A stretch of 64,000 nt of DNA from Eledone cirrhosa (lineage: Eukaryota): contig OZ024743.1 in assembly GCA_964016885.1 (NCBI GenBank), positions 55,614,001 through 55,678,000 on the forward strand, read 5' to 3'. Below are positions 34,001-46,000 of this stretch, one piece after another. Within the stretch, counting starts at the first letter, position 1; each line of letters opens with the position of its first letter. The position numbers and the translations under genes were made by a program. The notes beneath the pieces were generated by a model. It did not search any database and was not told the DNA's origin. It saw only the letters and a program-made list of their open reading frames with translations.

Positions 34001-37000
34001 TTGTTTGTGTTGATTATTCTTTAGCTGAGTATGTCCTTGTGTTGTTGCTGTTGTTGTTTGTGTTGATGATGCTTTAGCTGAGTATGTCCTGGTGTTGTTG
34101 CTGGTGTTGTTTGTGTTGATGATGCTTTAGCTGAGTATGTCCTGGTGTTGTTGCTGTTGTTGTTTGTGTTGATGATGCTTTAGCTGAGTATGTCCTGGTG
34201 TTGTTGATGTTGTTGTTTGTGTTGATGATGCTTTAGCTGAGTATGTCCTGTTGTTGTTGCTGTTGTTGTTTGTGTTGATGATGCTTTAACTGAGTATGTG
34301 CTGGTGTTGTAGCTGTTGTTGATTGTGTTGATGATGCTTTAGCTGAGTATGTCCTGCTGTTGTTGCTGTTGTTGTTTGTGTTGATTATTCTTTAGCTGAG
34401 TATGTCCTGGTGTTGTTGCTGGTGTTGTTTGTGTTGATGATGCTTTAGCTGAGTATGTCCTGGTGTTGTTGCTGTTGTTGTTTGTGTTGATGATGCTTTA
34501 GCTGAGTATGTCCTGGTGTTGTTGATGTTGTTGTTTGTGTTGATGATGCTTTAGCTGAGTATGTCCTGTTGTTGTTGCTGTTGTTGTTTGTGTTGATGAT
34601 GCTTTAGCTGAGTATGTGCTGGTGTTGTTGCTGTTGTTGTTTGTGTTGATGATGCTTTAGCTAAGTTTGTCCTGGTGTTGTTGTTGTTGTTGTTTGTGTT
34701 GATTATGCTTTAGCTGAGTATGTCCTGGTGTTGTTGCTGTTGTTGTTTGTGTTGATGATGCTTTAGCTGAGTAAGTCCTGGTGTTGTTGTTGTTGTTGTT
34801 TGTGTTGATGATGCTTTAGCTGAGTATGTCCTGGTGTTGTTGCTGTTGTTGTTTGTATTGATGATGCTTTAGCTGTGTATGTCCTGGTGTTGTTGCTGTT
34901 GTTGTTTGTGTTGATGATGCTTTAGCTGAGTATGTCCTGGTGTTGTTGCTGTTGTTGTTTGTGTTGATGATGCTTTAGCTGAGTATGTCCTGGTGTTGTT
35001 GATGTTGTTGATTGTGTTGATGATGCTTTAGCTGAGTATGTCCTGGTGTTGTTGCTGTTGTTGTTTGTGTTGATGATGCTTTAGCTGAGTATGTCCTGGT
35101 GTTGTTGATGTTGTTGTTTGTGTTGATGATGCTTTAGCTGAGTAAGTCCTGGTGTTGTTGTTGTTGTTGTTGTTTGTGTTGATGATGCTTTAGCTGAGTA
35201 TGTCTTGTTGTTGTTGCTGTTGTTGTTTGTGTTGATGATGCTTTAGCTGAGTATGTGCTGGTGTTGTTGCTGTTGTTGTATGTGTTGATGATGCTTTAGC
35301 TAAGTATGTCCTGGTGTTGTTGTTGTTGTTGTTTGTGTTGATTATGCTTTAGCTGAGTATGTCCTGGTGTTGTTGCTGTTGTTGTTTGTGTTGATGATGC
35401 TTTAGCTGAGTATGTCCTGGTGTTGTTGCTGTTGTTGTTTGTGTTGATGATGCTTTAGCTGAGTATGTCCTGGAGTTGTTGCTGTTGTTGTTTGTGTTGA
35501 TGATGCTTTAGCTGAGTATGTCCTGGTGTTGTTGCTGTTGTTGTTTGTGTTGATGATGCTTTAGCTGAGTATGTGCTGGTGTTGTTGTTGATGTTGATTG
35601 TGTTGATGATGCTTTAGCTGAGTCTGTCCTGGTGTTGTTGCTGTTGTTGTTTGTGTTGATGATGCTTTAGCTGAGTATGTCCTGGTGTTGTTGCTGTTGT
35701 TGTTTGTGTTGATGATGCTTTAGCTGAGTATATCCTGGTGTTGTTGCTGTTGTTGATTGTGTTGATGATGCTTTAGCTGAGTCTGTCCTGGTGTTGTTGC
35801 TGTTGTTGTTTGTGTTGATGCTTTAGCTGAGTATGTCCTGGTGTTGCTGCTGTTGTTGTTTGTGTTGATGATGCTTTAGCTGAGTATGTCCTGGTGTTGT
35901 TGTTGTTGTTGTTTGTGGTGATGATGCTTTAGCTGAGTATGTCCTGGTGTTGTTGTTGTTGTTGTTTGTGTTGATGATGCTTTAGCTGAGTATGTCCTGG
36001 TGTTGTTGCTGTTGTTGATTGTGTTGATGATGCATTAGCTGAGTATGTCCTGGTGTTGTTGCTGTTGTTGTTTGTGTTGATGATGCTTTAGCTGAGTATG
36101 TCCTGGTGTTGTTGATGTTGTTGTTTGTGTTGATGATGCTTTAGCTGAGTAAGTCCTGGTGTTGTTGTTGTTGTTGTTTGTGTTGATTATGCTTTAGCTG
36201 AGTATGTCCTGGTGTTGTTGCTGGTGTTGTTTGTGTTGATGATGCTTTAGCTGAGTATGTCCTGGTGTTGTTGCTGTTGTTGTTTGTGTTGATGATGCTT
36301 TAGCTGAGTATGTCCTGGTGTTGTTGTTACTGTTGTTGTTTTTGTTGATGATGCTATAGCTGAGTATGTCCTGGTGTTGTTGCTGTTGTTGTTTGTGTTG
36401 ATGATGCTTTAGCTGAGTATGTCCTGGTGTTGTTGTTGTTGTTGTTTGTGTTGATGATGCTTTAGCTGAGTATGTCCTGGTGTTGTTGCTGTTGTTGTTT
36501 GTGTTGATGATGCTTTAGCTGTGTATGTCCTGGTGTTGTTGATGTTGTTGATTGTGTTGATGATGCTTTAGCTGAGTATGTCCTGGTGTTGTTGCTGTTG
36601 TTGTTTGTGTTGATGATGCTTTAGCTGTGTATGTCCTGGTGTTGTTGATGTTGTTGATTGTGTTGATGATGCTTTAGCTGAGTATGTCCTGGTGTTGTTG
36701 CTGTTGTTGTTTGTGTTGATGATGCTTTAGCTGAGTATGTGCTGGTGTTGTTGCTGTTGTTGTTTGTGTTGATGATGCTTTAGCTGAGTATGTCCTGGTG
36801 TTGTTGATGTTGTTGATTGTGTTGATGATGCTTTAGCTGAGTATGTCCTGGTGTTGTTGCTGTTGTTGTTTGTGTTGATGATGCTTTTGCTGAGTATGTC
36901 CTGGTGTTTTTGCTGTTGTTGTTTGTGTTGATGATGCTTTAGCTGAGTATGTCCTGGTGTTGTTGATGTTGTTGTTTGTGTTGATGATGCTTTAGCTGAG

Positions 37001-40000
37001 TAAGTCCTGGTGTTGTTGTTGTTGTTGTTGTTTGTGTTGATGATGCTTTAGCTGAGTATGTCTTGTTGTTGTTGCTGTTGTTGTTTGTGTTGATGATGCT
37101 TTAGCTGAGTATGTGCTGGTGTTGTTGCTGTTGTTGTTTGTGTTGATGATGCTTTAGCTAAGTATGTCCTGGTGTTGTTGTTGTTGTTGTTTGTGTTGAT
37201 TATGCTTTAGCTGAGTATGTCCTGGTGTTGTTGCTGTTGTTGTTTGTGTTGATGATGCTTTAGCTGAGTATGTCCTGGTGTTGTTGCTGTTGTTGTTTGT
37301 GTTGATGATGCTTTAGCTGAGTATGTCCTGGTGTTGTTGTTGATGTTGTTGTTTGTGTTGATGATGCTTTAGCTGAGTATGTCCTGGTGTTGTTGCTGTT
37401 GTTGTTTGTGTTGATGATGCTTTAGCTGAGTATGTCCTGGTGTTGTTGCTGGTGTTGTTTGTGTTGATGATGCTTTAGCTGAGTATGTCATGGTGTTGTT
37501 GCTGTTGTTGTTTGTGTTGATTATTCTTTAGCTGAGTATGTCCTTGTGTTGTTGCTGTTGTTGTTTGTGTTGATGATGCTTTAGCTGAGTATGTCCTGGT
37601 GTTGTTGCTGGTGTTGTTTGTGTTGATGATGCTTTAGCTGAGTATGTCCTGGTGTTGTTGCTGTTGTTGTTTGTGTTGATGATGCTTTAGCTGAGTATGT
37701 CCTGGTGTTGTTGATGTTGTTGTTTGTGTTGATGATGCTTTAGCTGAGTATGTCCTGTTGTTGTTGCTGTTGTTGTTTGTGTTGATGATGCTTTAACTGA
37801 GTATGTGCTGGTGTTGTAGCTGTTGTTGATTGTGTTGATGATGCTTTAGCTGAGTATGTCCTGCTGTTGTTGCTGTTGTTGTTTGTGTTGATTATTCTTT
37901 AGCTGAGTATGTCCTGGTGTTGTTGCTGGTGTTGTTTGTGTTGATGATGCTTTAGCTGAGTATGTCCTGGTGTTGTTGCTGTTGTTGTTTGTGTTGATGA
38001 TGCTTTAGCTGAGTATGTCCTGGTGTTGTTGATGTTGTTGTTTGTGTTGATGATGCTTTAGCTGAGTATGTCCTGTTGTTGTTGCTGTTGTTGTTTGTGT
38101 TGATGATGCTTTAGCTGAGTATGTGCTGGTGTTGTTGCTGTTGTTGTTTGTGTTGATGATGCTTTAGCTAAGTTTGTCCTGGTGTTGTTGTTGTTGTTGT
38201 TTGTGTTGATTATGCTTTAGCTGAGTATGTCCTGGTGTTGTTGCTGTTGTTGTTTGTGTTGATGATGCTTTAGCTGAGTAAGTCCTGGTGTTGTTGTTGT
38301 TGTTGTTTGTGTTGATGATGCTTTAGCTGAGTATGTCCTGGTGTTGTTGCTGTTGTTGTTTGTATTGATGATGCTTTAGCTGTGTATGTCCTGGTGTTGT
38401 TGCTGTTGTTGTTTGTGTTGATGATGCTTTAGCTGAGTATGTCCTGGTGTTGTTGCTGTTGTTGTTTGTGTTGATGATGCTTTAGCTGAGTATGTCCTGG
38501 TGTTGTTGATGTTGTTGATTGTGTTGATGATGCTTTAGCTGAGTATGTCCTGGTGTTGTTGCTGTTGTTGTTTGTGTTGATGATGCTTTAGCTGAGTATG
38601 TCCTGGTGTTGTTGATGTTGTTGTTTGTGTTGATGATGCTTTAGCTGAGTAAGTCCTGGTGTTGTTGTTGTTGTTGTTGTTTGTGTTGATGATGCTTTAG
38701 CTGAGTATGTCTTGTTGTTGTTGCTGTTGTTGTTTGTGTTGATGATGCTTTAGCTGAGTATGTGCTGGTGTTGTTGCTGTTGTTGTATGTGTTGATGATG
38801 CTTTAGCTAAGTATGTCCTGGTGTTGTTGTTGTTGTTGTTTGTGTTGATTATGCTTTAGCTGAGTATGTCCTGGTGTTGTTGCTGTTGTTGTTTGTGTTG
38901 ATGATGCTTTAGCTGAGTATGTCCTGGTGTTGTTGCTGTTGTTGTTTGTGTTGATGATGCTTTAGCTGAGTATGTCCTGGAGTTGTTGCTGTTGTTGTTT
39001 GTGTTGATGATGCTTTAGCTGAGTATGTCCTGGTGTTGTTGCTGTTGTTGTTTGTGTTGATGATGCTTTAGCTGAGTATGTGCTGGTGTTGTTGTTGATG
39101 TTGATTGTGTTGATGATGCTTTAGCTGAGTCTGTCCTGGTGTTGTTGCTGTTGTTGTTTGTGTTGATGATGCTTTAGCTGAGTATGTCCTGGTGTTGTTG
39201 CTGTTGTTGTTTGTGTTGATGATGCTTTAGCTGAGTATATCCTGGTGTTGTTGCTGTTGTTGATTGTGTTGATGATGCTTTAGCTGAGTCTGTCCTGGTG
39301 TTGTTGCTGTTGTTGTTTGTGTTGATGCTTTAGCTGAGTATGTCCTGGTGTTGCTGCTGTTGTTGTTTGTGTTGATGATGCTTTAGCTGAGTATGTCCTG
39401 GTGTTGTTGTTGTTGTTGTTTGTGGTGATGATGCTTTAGCTGAGTATGTCCTGGTGTTGTTGTTGTTGTTGTTTGTGTTGATGATGCTTTAGCTGAGTAT
39501 GTCCTGGTGTTGTTGCTGTTGTTGATTGTGTTGATGATGCATTAGCTGAGTATGTCCTGGTGTTGTTGCTGTTGTTGTTTGTGTTGATGATGCTTTAGCT
39601 GAGTATGTCCTGGTGTTGTTGATGTTGTTGTTTGTGTTGATGATGCTTTAGCTGAGTAAGTCCTGGTGTTGTTGTTGTTGTTGTTTGTGTTGATTATGCT
39701 TTAGCTGAGTATGTCCTGGTGTTGTTGCTGGTGTTGTTTGTGTTGATGATGCTTTAGCTGAGTATGTCCTGGTGTTGTTGCTGTTGTTGTTTGTGTTGAT
39801 GATGCTTTAGCTGAGTATGTCCTGGTGTTGTTGTTACTGTTGTTGTTTTTGTTGATGATGCTATAGCTGAGTATGTCCTGGTGTTGTTGCTGTTGTTGTT
39901 TGTGTTGATGATGCTTTAGCTGAGTATGTCCTGGTGTTGTTGCTGTTGTTGTTTGTGTTGATGATGCTTTAGCTGTGTATGTCCTGGTGTTGTTGCTGTT

Positions 40001-43000
40001 GTTGTTTGTGTTGATGATGCTTTAGCTGAGTATGTCCTGGTGTTGTTGCTGTTGTTGTTTGTGTTGATAATGCTTTAGCTGAGTATGTCCTGGTGTTGGT
40101 GCTGTTGTTGTTTGTGTTGATGATGCTTTAGCTGAGTATGTCCTGGTGTTGTTGATGTTGTTGATTGTGTTGATGATGCTTTAGCTGAGTATGTCCTGGT
40201 GTTGTTGCTGTTGTTGTTTGTGTTGATGATGCTTTTGCTGAGTATGTCCTGGTGTTTTTGCTGTTGTTGTTTGTGTTGATGATGCTTTAGCTGAGTATGT
40301 CCTGGTGTTGTTGCTGTTGTTGATTGTGTTGATGATGCTTTAGCTGAGTATGTCCTGGTGTTGTTGCTGGTGTTGTTTGTGTTGATGATGCTTTAGCTGA
40401 GTATGTCCTGGTGTTGTTGCTGGTGTTGTTTGTGTTGATGATGCTTTAGCTGAGTATGTCATGGTGTTGTTGCTGTTGTTGTTTGTGTTGATTATTCTTT
40501 AGCTGAGTATGTCCTTGTGTTGTTGCTGTTGTTGTTTGTGTTGATGATGCTTTAGCTGAGTATGTCCTGGTGTTGTTGCTGTTGTTGTTTGTGTTGATGA
40601 TGCTTTAGCTGAGTATGTCCTGGTGTTGTTGCTGGTGTTGTTTGTGTTGATGATGCTTTAGCTGAGTATGTCCTGGTGTTGTTGCTGTTGTTGTTTGTGT
40701 TGATGATGCTTTAGCTGAGTATGTCCTGGTGTTGTTGCTGGTGTTGTTTGTGTTGATGATGCTTTAGCTGAGTATGTCATGGTGTTGTTGCTGTTGTTGT
40801 TTGTGTTGATTATTCTTTAGCTGAGTATGTCCTTGTGTTGTTGCTGTTGTTGTTTGTGTTGATGATGCTTTAGCTGAGTATGTCCTGGTGTTGTTGCTGG
40901 TGTTGTTTGTGTTGATGATGCTTTAGCTGAGTATGTCCTGGTGTTGTTGCTGTTGTTGTTTGTGTTGATGATGCTTTAGCTGAGTATGTCCTGGTGTTGT
41001 TGATGTTGTTGTTTGTGTTGATGATGCTTTAGCTGAGTATGTCCTGTTGTTGTTGCTGTTGTTGTTTGTGTTGATGATGCTTTAACTGAGTATGTGCTGG
41101 TGTTGTAGCTGTTGTTGATTGTGTTGATGATGCTTTAGCTGAGTATGTCCTGCTGTTGTTGCTGTTGTTGTTTGTGTTGATTATTCTTTAGCTGAGTATG
41201 TCCTGGTGTTGTTGCTGGTGTTGTTTGTGTTGATGATGCTTTAGCTGAGTATGTCCTGGTGTTGTTGCTGTTGTTGTTTGTGTTGATGATGCTTTAGCTG
41301 AGTATGTCCTGGTGTTGTTGATGTTGTTGTTTGTGTTGATGATGCTTTAGCTGAGTATGTCCTGTTGTTGTTGCTGTTGTTGTTTGTGTTGATGATGCTT
41401 TAGCTGAGTATGTGCTGGTGTTGTTGCTGTTGTTGTTTGTGTTGATGATGCTTTAGCTAAGTTTGTCCTGGTGTTGTTGTTGTTGTTGTTTGTGTTGATT
41501 ATGCTTTAGCTGAGTATGTCCTGGTGTTGTTGCTGTTGTTGTTTGTGTTGATGATGCTTTAGCTGAGTAAGTCCTGGTGTTGTTGTTGTTGTTGTTTGTG
41601 TTGATGATGCTTTAGCTGAGTATGTCCTGGTGTTGTTGCTGTTGTTGTTTGTATTGATGATGCTTTAGCTGTGTATGTCCTGGTGTTGTTGCTGTTGTTG
41701 TTTGTGTTGATGATGCTTTAGCTGAGTATGTCCTGGTGTTGTTGCTGTTGTTGTTTGTGTTGATGATGCTTTAGCTGAGTATGTCCTGGTGTTGTTGATG
41801 TTGTTGATTGTGTTGATGATGCTTTAGCTGAGTATGTCCTGGTGTTGTTGCTGTTGTTGTTTGTGTTGATGATGCTTTAGCTGAGTATGTCCTGGTGTTG
41901 TTGATGTTGTTGTTTGTGTTGATGATGCTTTAGCTGAGTAAGTCCTGGTGTTGTTGTTGTTGTTGTTGTTTGTGTTGATGATGCTTTAGCTGAGTATGTC
42001 TTGTTGTTGTTGCTGTTGTTGTTTGTGTTGATGATGCTTTAGCTGAGTATGTGCTGGTGTTGTTGCTGTTGCTGTATGTGTTGATGATGCTTTAGCTAAG
42101 TATGTCCTGGTGTTGTTGTTGTTGTTGTTTGTGTTGATTATGCTTTAGCTGAGTATGTCCTGGTGTTGTTGCTGTTGTTGTTTGTGTTGATGATGCTTTA
42201 GCTGAGTATGTCCTGGTGTTGTTGCTGTTGTTGTTTGTGTTGATGATGCTTTAGCTGAGTATGTCCTGGAGTTGTTGCTGTTGTTGTTTGTGTTGATGAT
42301 GCTTTAGCTGAGTATGTCCTGGTGTTGTTGCTGTTGTTGTTTGTGTTGATGATGCTTTAGCTGAGTATGTGCTGGTGTTGTTGTTGATGTTGATTGTGTT
42401 GATGATGCTTTAGCTGAGTCTGTCCTGGTGTTGTTGCTGTTGTTGTTTGTGTTGATGATGCTTTAGCTGAGTATGTCCTGGTGTTGTTGCTGTTGTTGTT
42501 TGTGTTGATGATGCTTTAGCTGAGTATATCCTGGTGTTGTTGCTGTTGTTGATTGTGTTGATGATGCTTTAGCTGAGTCTGTCCTGGTGTTGTTGCTGTT
42601 GTTGTTTGTGTTGATGCTTTAGCTGAGTATGTCCTGGTGTTGCTGCTGTTGTTGTTTGTGTTGATGATGCTTTAGCTGAGTATGTCCTGGTGTTGTTGTT
42701 GTTGTTGTTTGTGGTGATGATGCTTTAGCTGAGTATGTCCTGGTGTTGTTGTTGTTGTTGTTTGTGTTGATGATGCTTTAGCTGAGTATGTCCTGGTGTT
42801 GTTGCTGTTGTTGATTGTGTTGATGATGCATTAGCTGAGTATGTCCTGGTGTTGTTGCTGTTGTTGTTTGTGTTGATGATGCTTTAGCTGAGTATGTCCT
42901 GGTGTTGTTGATGTTGTTGTTTGTGTTGATGATGCTTTAGCTGAGTAAGTCCTGGTGTTGTTGTTGTTGTTGTTTGTGTTGATTATGCTTTAGCTGAGTA

Positions 43001-46000
43001 TGTCCTGGTGTTGTTGCTGGTGTTGTTTGTGTTGATGATGCTTTAGCTGAGTATGTCCTGGTGTTGTTGCTGTTGTTGTTTGTGTTGATGATGCTTTAGC
43101 TGAGTATGTCCTGGTGTTGTTGTTACTGTTGTTGTTTTTGTTGATGATGCTATAGCTGAGTATGTCCTGGTGTTGTTGCTGTTGTTGTTTGTGTTGATGA
43201 TGCTTTAGCTGAGTATGTCCTGGTGTTGTTGCTGTTGTTGTTTGTGTTGATGATGCTTTAGCTGTGTATGTCCTGGTGTTGTTGCTGTTGTTGTTTGTGT
43301 TGATGATGCTTTAGCTGAGTATGTCCTGGTGTTGTTGCTGTTGTTGTTTGTGTTGATGATGCTTTAGCTGAGTATGTCCTGGTGTTGGTGCTGTTGTTGT
43401 TTGTGTTGATGATGCTTTAGCTGAGTATGTCCTGGTGTTGTTGATGTTGTTGATTGTGTTGATGATGCTTTAGCTGAGTATGTCCTGGTGTTGTTGCTGT
43501 TGTTGTTTGTGTTGATGATGCTTTTGCTGAGTATGTCCTGGTGTTTTTGCTGTTGTTGTTTGTGTTGATGATGCTTTAGCTGAGTATGTCCTGGTGTTGT
43601 TACTGTTGTTGTTTTTGTTGATGATGCTTTAGCTGAGTATGTCCTGGTGTTGTTGATGTTGTTGTTTGTGTTGATGATGCTTTAGCTGAGTAAGTCCTGG
43701 TGTTGTTGTTGTTGTTGTTGTTTGTGTTGATGATGCTTTAGCTGAGTATGTCTTGTTGTTGTTGCTGTTGTTGTTTGTGTTGATGATGCTTTAGCTGAGT
43801 ATGTGCTGGTGTTGTTGCTGTTGTTGTTTGTGTTGATGATGCTTTAGCTAAGTATGTCCTGGTGTTGTTGTTGTTGTTGTTTGTGTTGATTATGCTTTAG
43901 CTGAGTATGTCCTGGTGTTGTTGCTGTTGTTGTTTGTGTTGATGATGCTTTAGCTGAGTATGTCCTGGTGTTGTTGCTGTTGTTGTTTGTGTTGATGATG
44001 CTTTAGCTGAGTATGTCCTGGTGTTGTTGTTGATGTTGTTGTTTGTGTTGATGATGCTTTAGCTGAGTATGTCCTGGTGTTGTTGCTGTTGTTGTTTGTG
44101 TTGATGATGCTTTAGCTGAGTATGTCCTGGAGTTGTTGCTGTTGTTGTTTGTGTTGATGATGCTTTAGCTGAGTATGTCCTGGTGTTGTTGCTGTTGTTG
44201 TTTGTGTTGATGATGCTTTAGCTGAGTATGTGCTGGTGTTGTTGTTGATGTTGATTGTGTTGATGATGCTTTAGCTGAGTCTGTCCTGGTGTTGTTGCTG
44301 TTGTTGTTTGTGTTGATGATGCTTTAGCTGAGTATGTCCCGGTGTTGTTGCTGTTGTTGTTTGTGTTGATGATGCTTTAGCTGAGTATGTCCTGGTGTTG
44401 TTGTTGATGTTGTTGTTTGTGTTGATGATGCTTTAGCTGAGTATGTCCTGGTGTTGTTGCTGTTGTTGTTTGTGTTGATGATGCTTTAGCTGAATATGTC
44501 CTGGTGTTGTTGCTGTTGTTGATTGTGTTGATGATGCTTTAGCTGAGTATGTCCTGGTGTTGTTGCTGTTGTTGTTTGTGTTGATGATGCTTTAGCTGAG
44601 TATGTCCTGTTGTTGTTGTTGATGTTGTTGTTTGTGTTGATGATGCTTTAGCTGAGTATGTCCTTGTGTTGTTGCTGTTGTTGTTTGTGTTGATGATGCT
44701 TTAGCTGAGTATGTCCTGGAGTTGTTGCTGTTGTTGTTTGTGTTGATGATGCTTTAGCTGAGTATGTCCTGGTGTTGTTGCTGTTGTTGTTTGTGTTGAT
44801 GATGCTTTAGCTGAGTATGTCCTGGTGTTGTTGCTGTTGTTGTTTGTGTTGATGATGCTTTAGCTGAGTATGTCCTGGTGTTGTTGATGTTGTTGATTGT
44901 GTTGATGATGCTTTAGCTGAGTATGTCCTGGTGTTGTTGCTGTTGTTGTTTGTGTTGATGATGCTTTAGCTGAGTATATCCTGGTGTTGTTGCTGTTGTT
45001 GATTGTGTTGATGATGCTTTAGCTGAGTCTGTCCTGGTGTTGTTGCTGTTGTTGTTTGTGTTGATGCTTTAGCTGAGTATGTCCTGGTGTTGCTGCTGTT
45101 GTTGTTTGTGTTGATGATGCTTTAGCTGAGTATGTCCTGGTGTTGTTGTTGTTGTTGTTTGTGGTGATGATGCTTTAGCTGAGTATGTCCTGGTGTTGTT
45201 GCTGTTGTTGTTTGTGTTGATGATGCTTTAGCTGAGTATGTCCTGGTGTTGTTGCTGTTGTTGTTCGTGTTGATGATGCTTTAGCTGAGTATGTCCTGGT
45301 GTTGTTGCTGTTGTTGTTTGTGTTGATGATGCTTTAGCTGAGTATGTCCTGGTGTTGTTGATGTTGTTGATTGTGTTGATGATGCTTTAGCTGAGTATGT
45401 CCTGGTGTTGTTGCTGGTGTTGTTTGTGTTGATGATGCTTTAGTTGAGTATGTCCTGGTGTTGTTGCTGTTGTTGTTTGTGTTGATGATGCTTTAGCTGA
45501 GTAAGTCCTGGTGTTGTTGTTGTTGTTGTTTGTGTTGATGATGCTTTAGCTGAGTATGTCCTGGTGTTGTTGCTGTTGTTGATTGTGTTGATGATGCTTT
45601 AGCTGAGTATGTCCTGGTGTTGTTGCTGTTGTTGTTTGTGTTGATGATGCTTTAGCTGAGTATGTCCTGGTGTTGTTGATGTTGTTGTTTGTGTTGATGA
45701 TGCTTTAGCTGAGTAAGTCCTGGTGTTGTTGTTGTTGTTGTTTGTGCTGATTATGCTTTAGCTGAGTATGTCCTGGTGTTGTTGCTGGTGTTGTTTGTGT
45801 TGATGATGCTTTAGCTGAGTATGTCCTGGTGTTGTTGCTGTTGTTGTTTGTGTTGATGATGCTTTAGCTGAGTATGTCCTGGTGTTGTTGTTACTGTTGT
45901 TGTTTTTGTTGATGATGCTATAGCTGAGTATGTCCTGGTGTTGTTGCTGTTGTTGTTTGTGTTGATGATGCTTTAGCTGAGTATGTCCTGGTGTTGTTGC

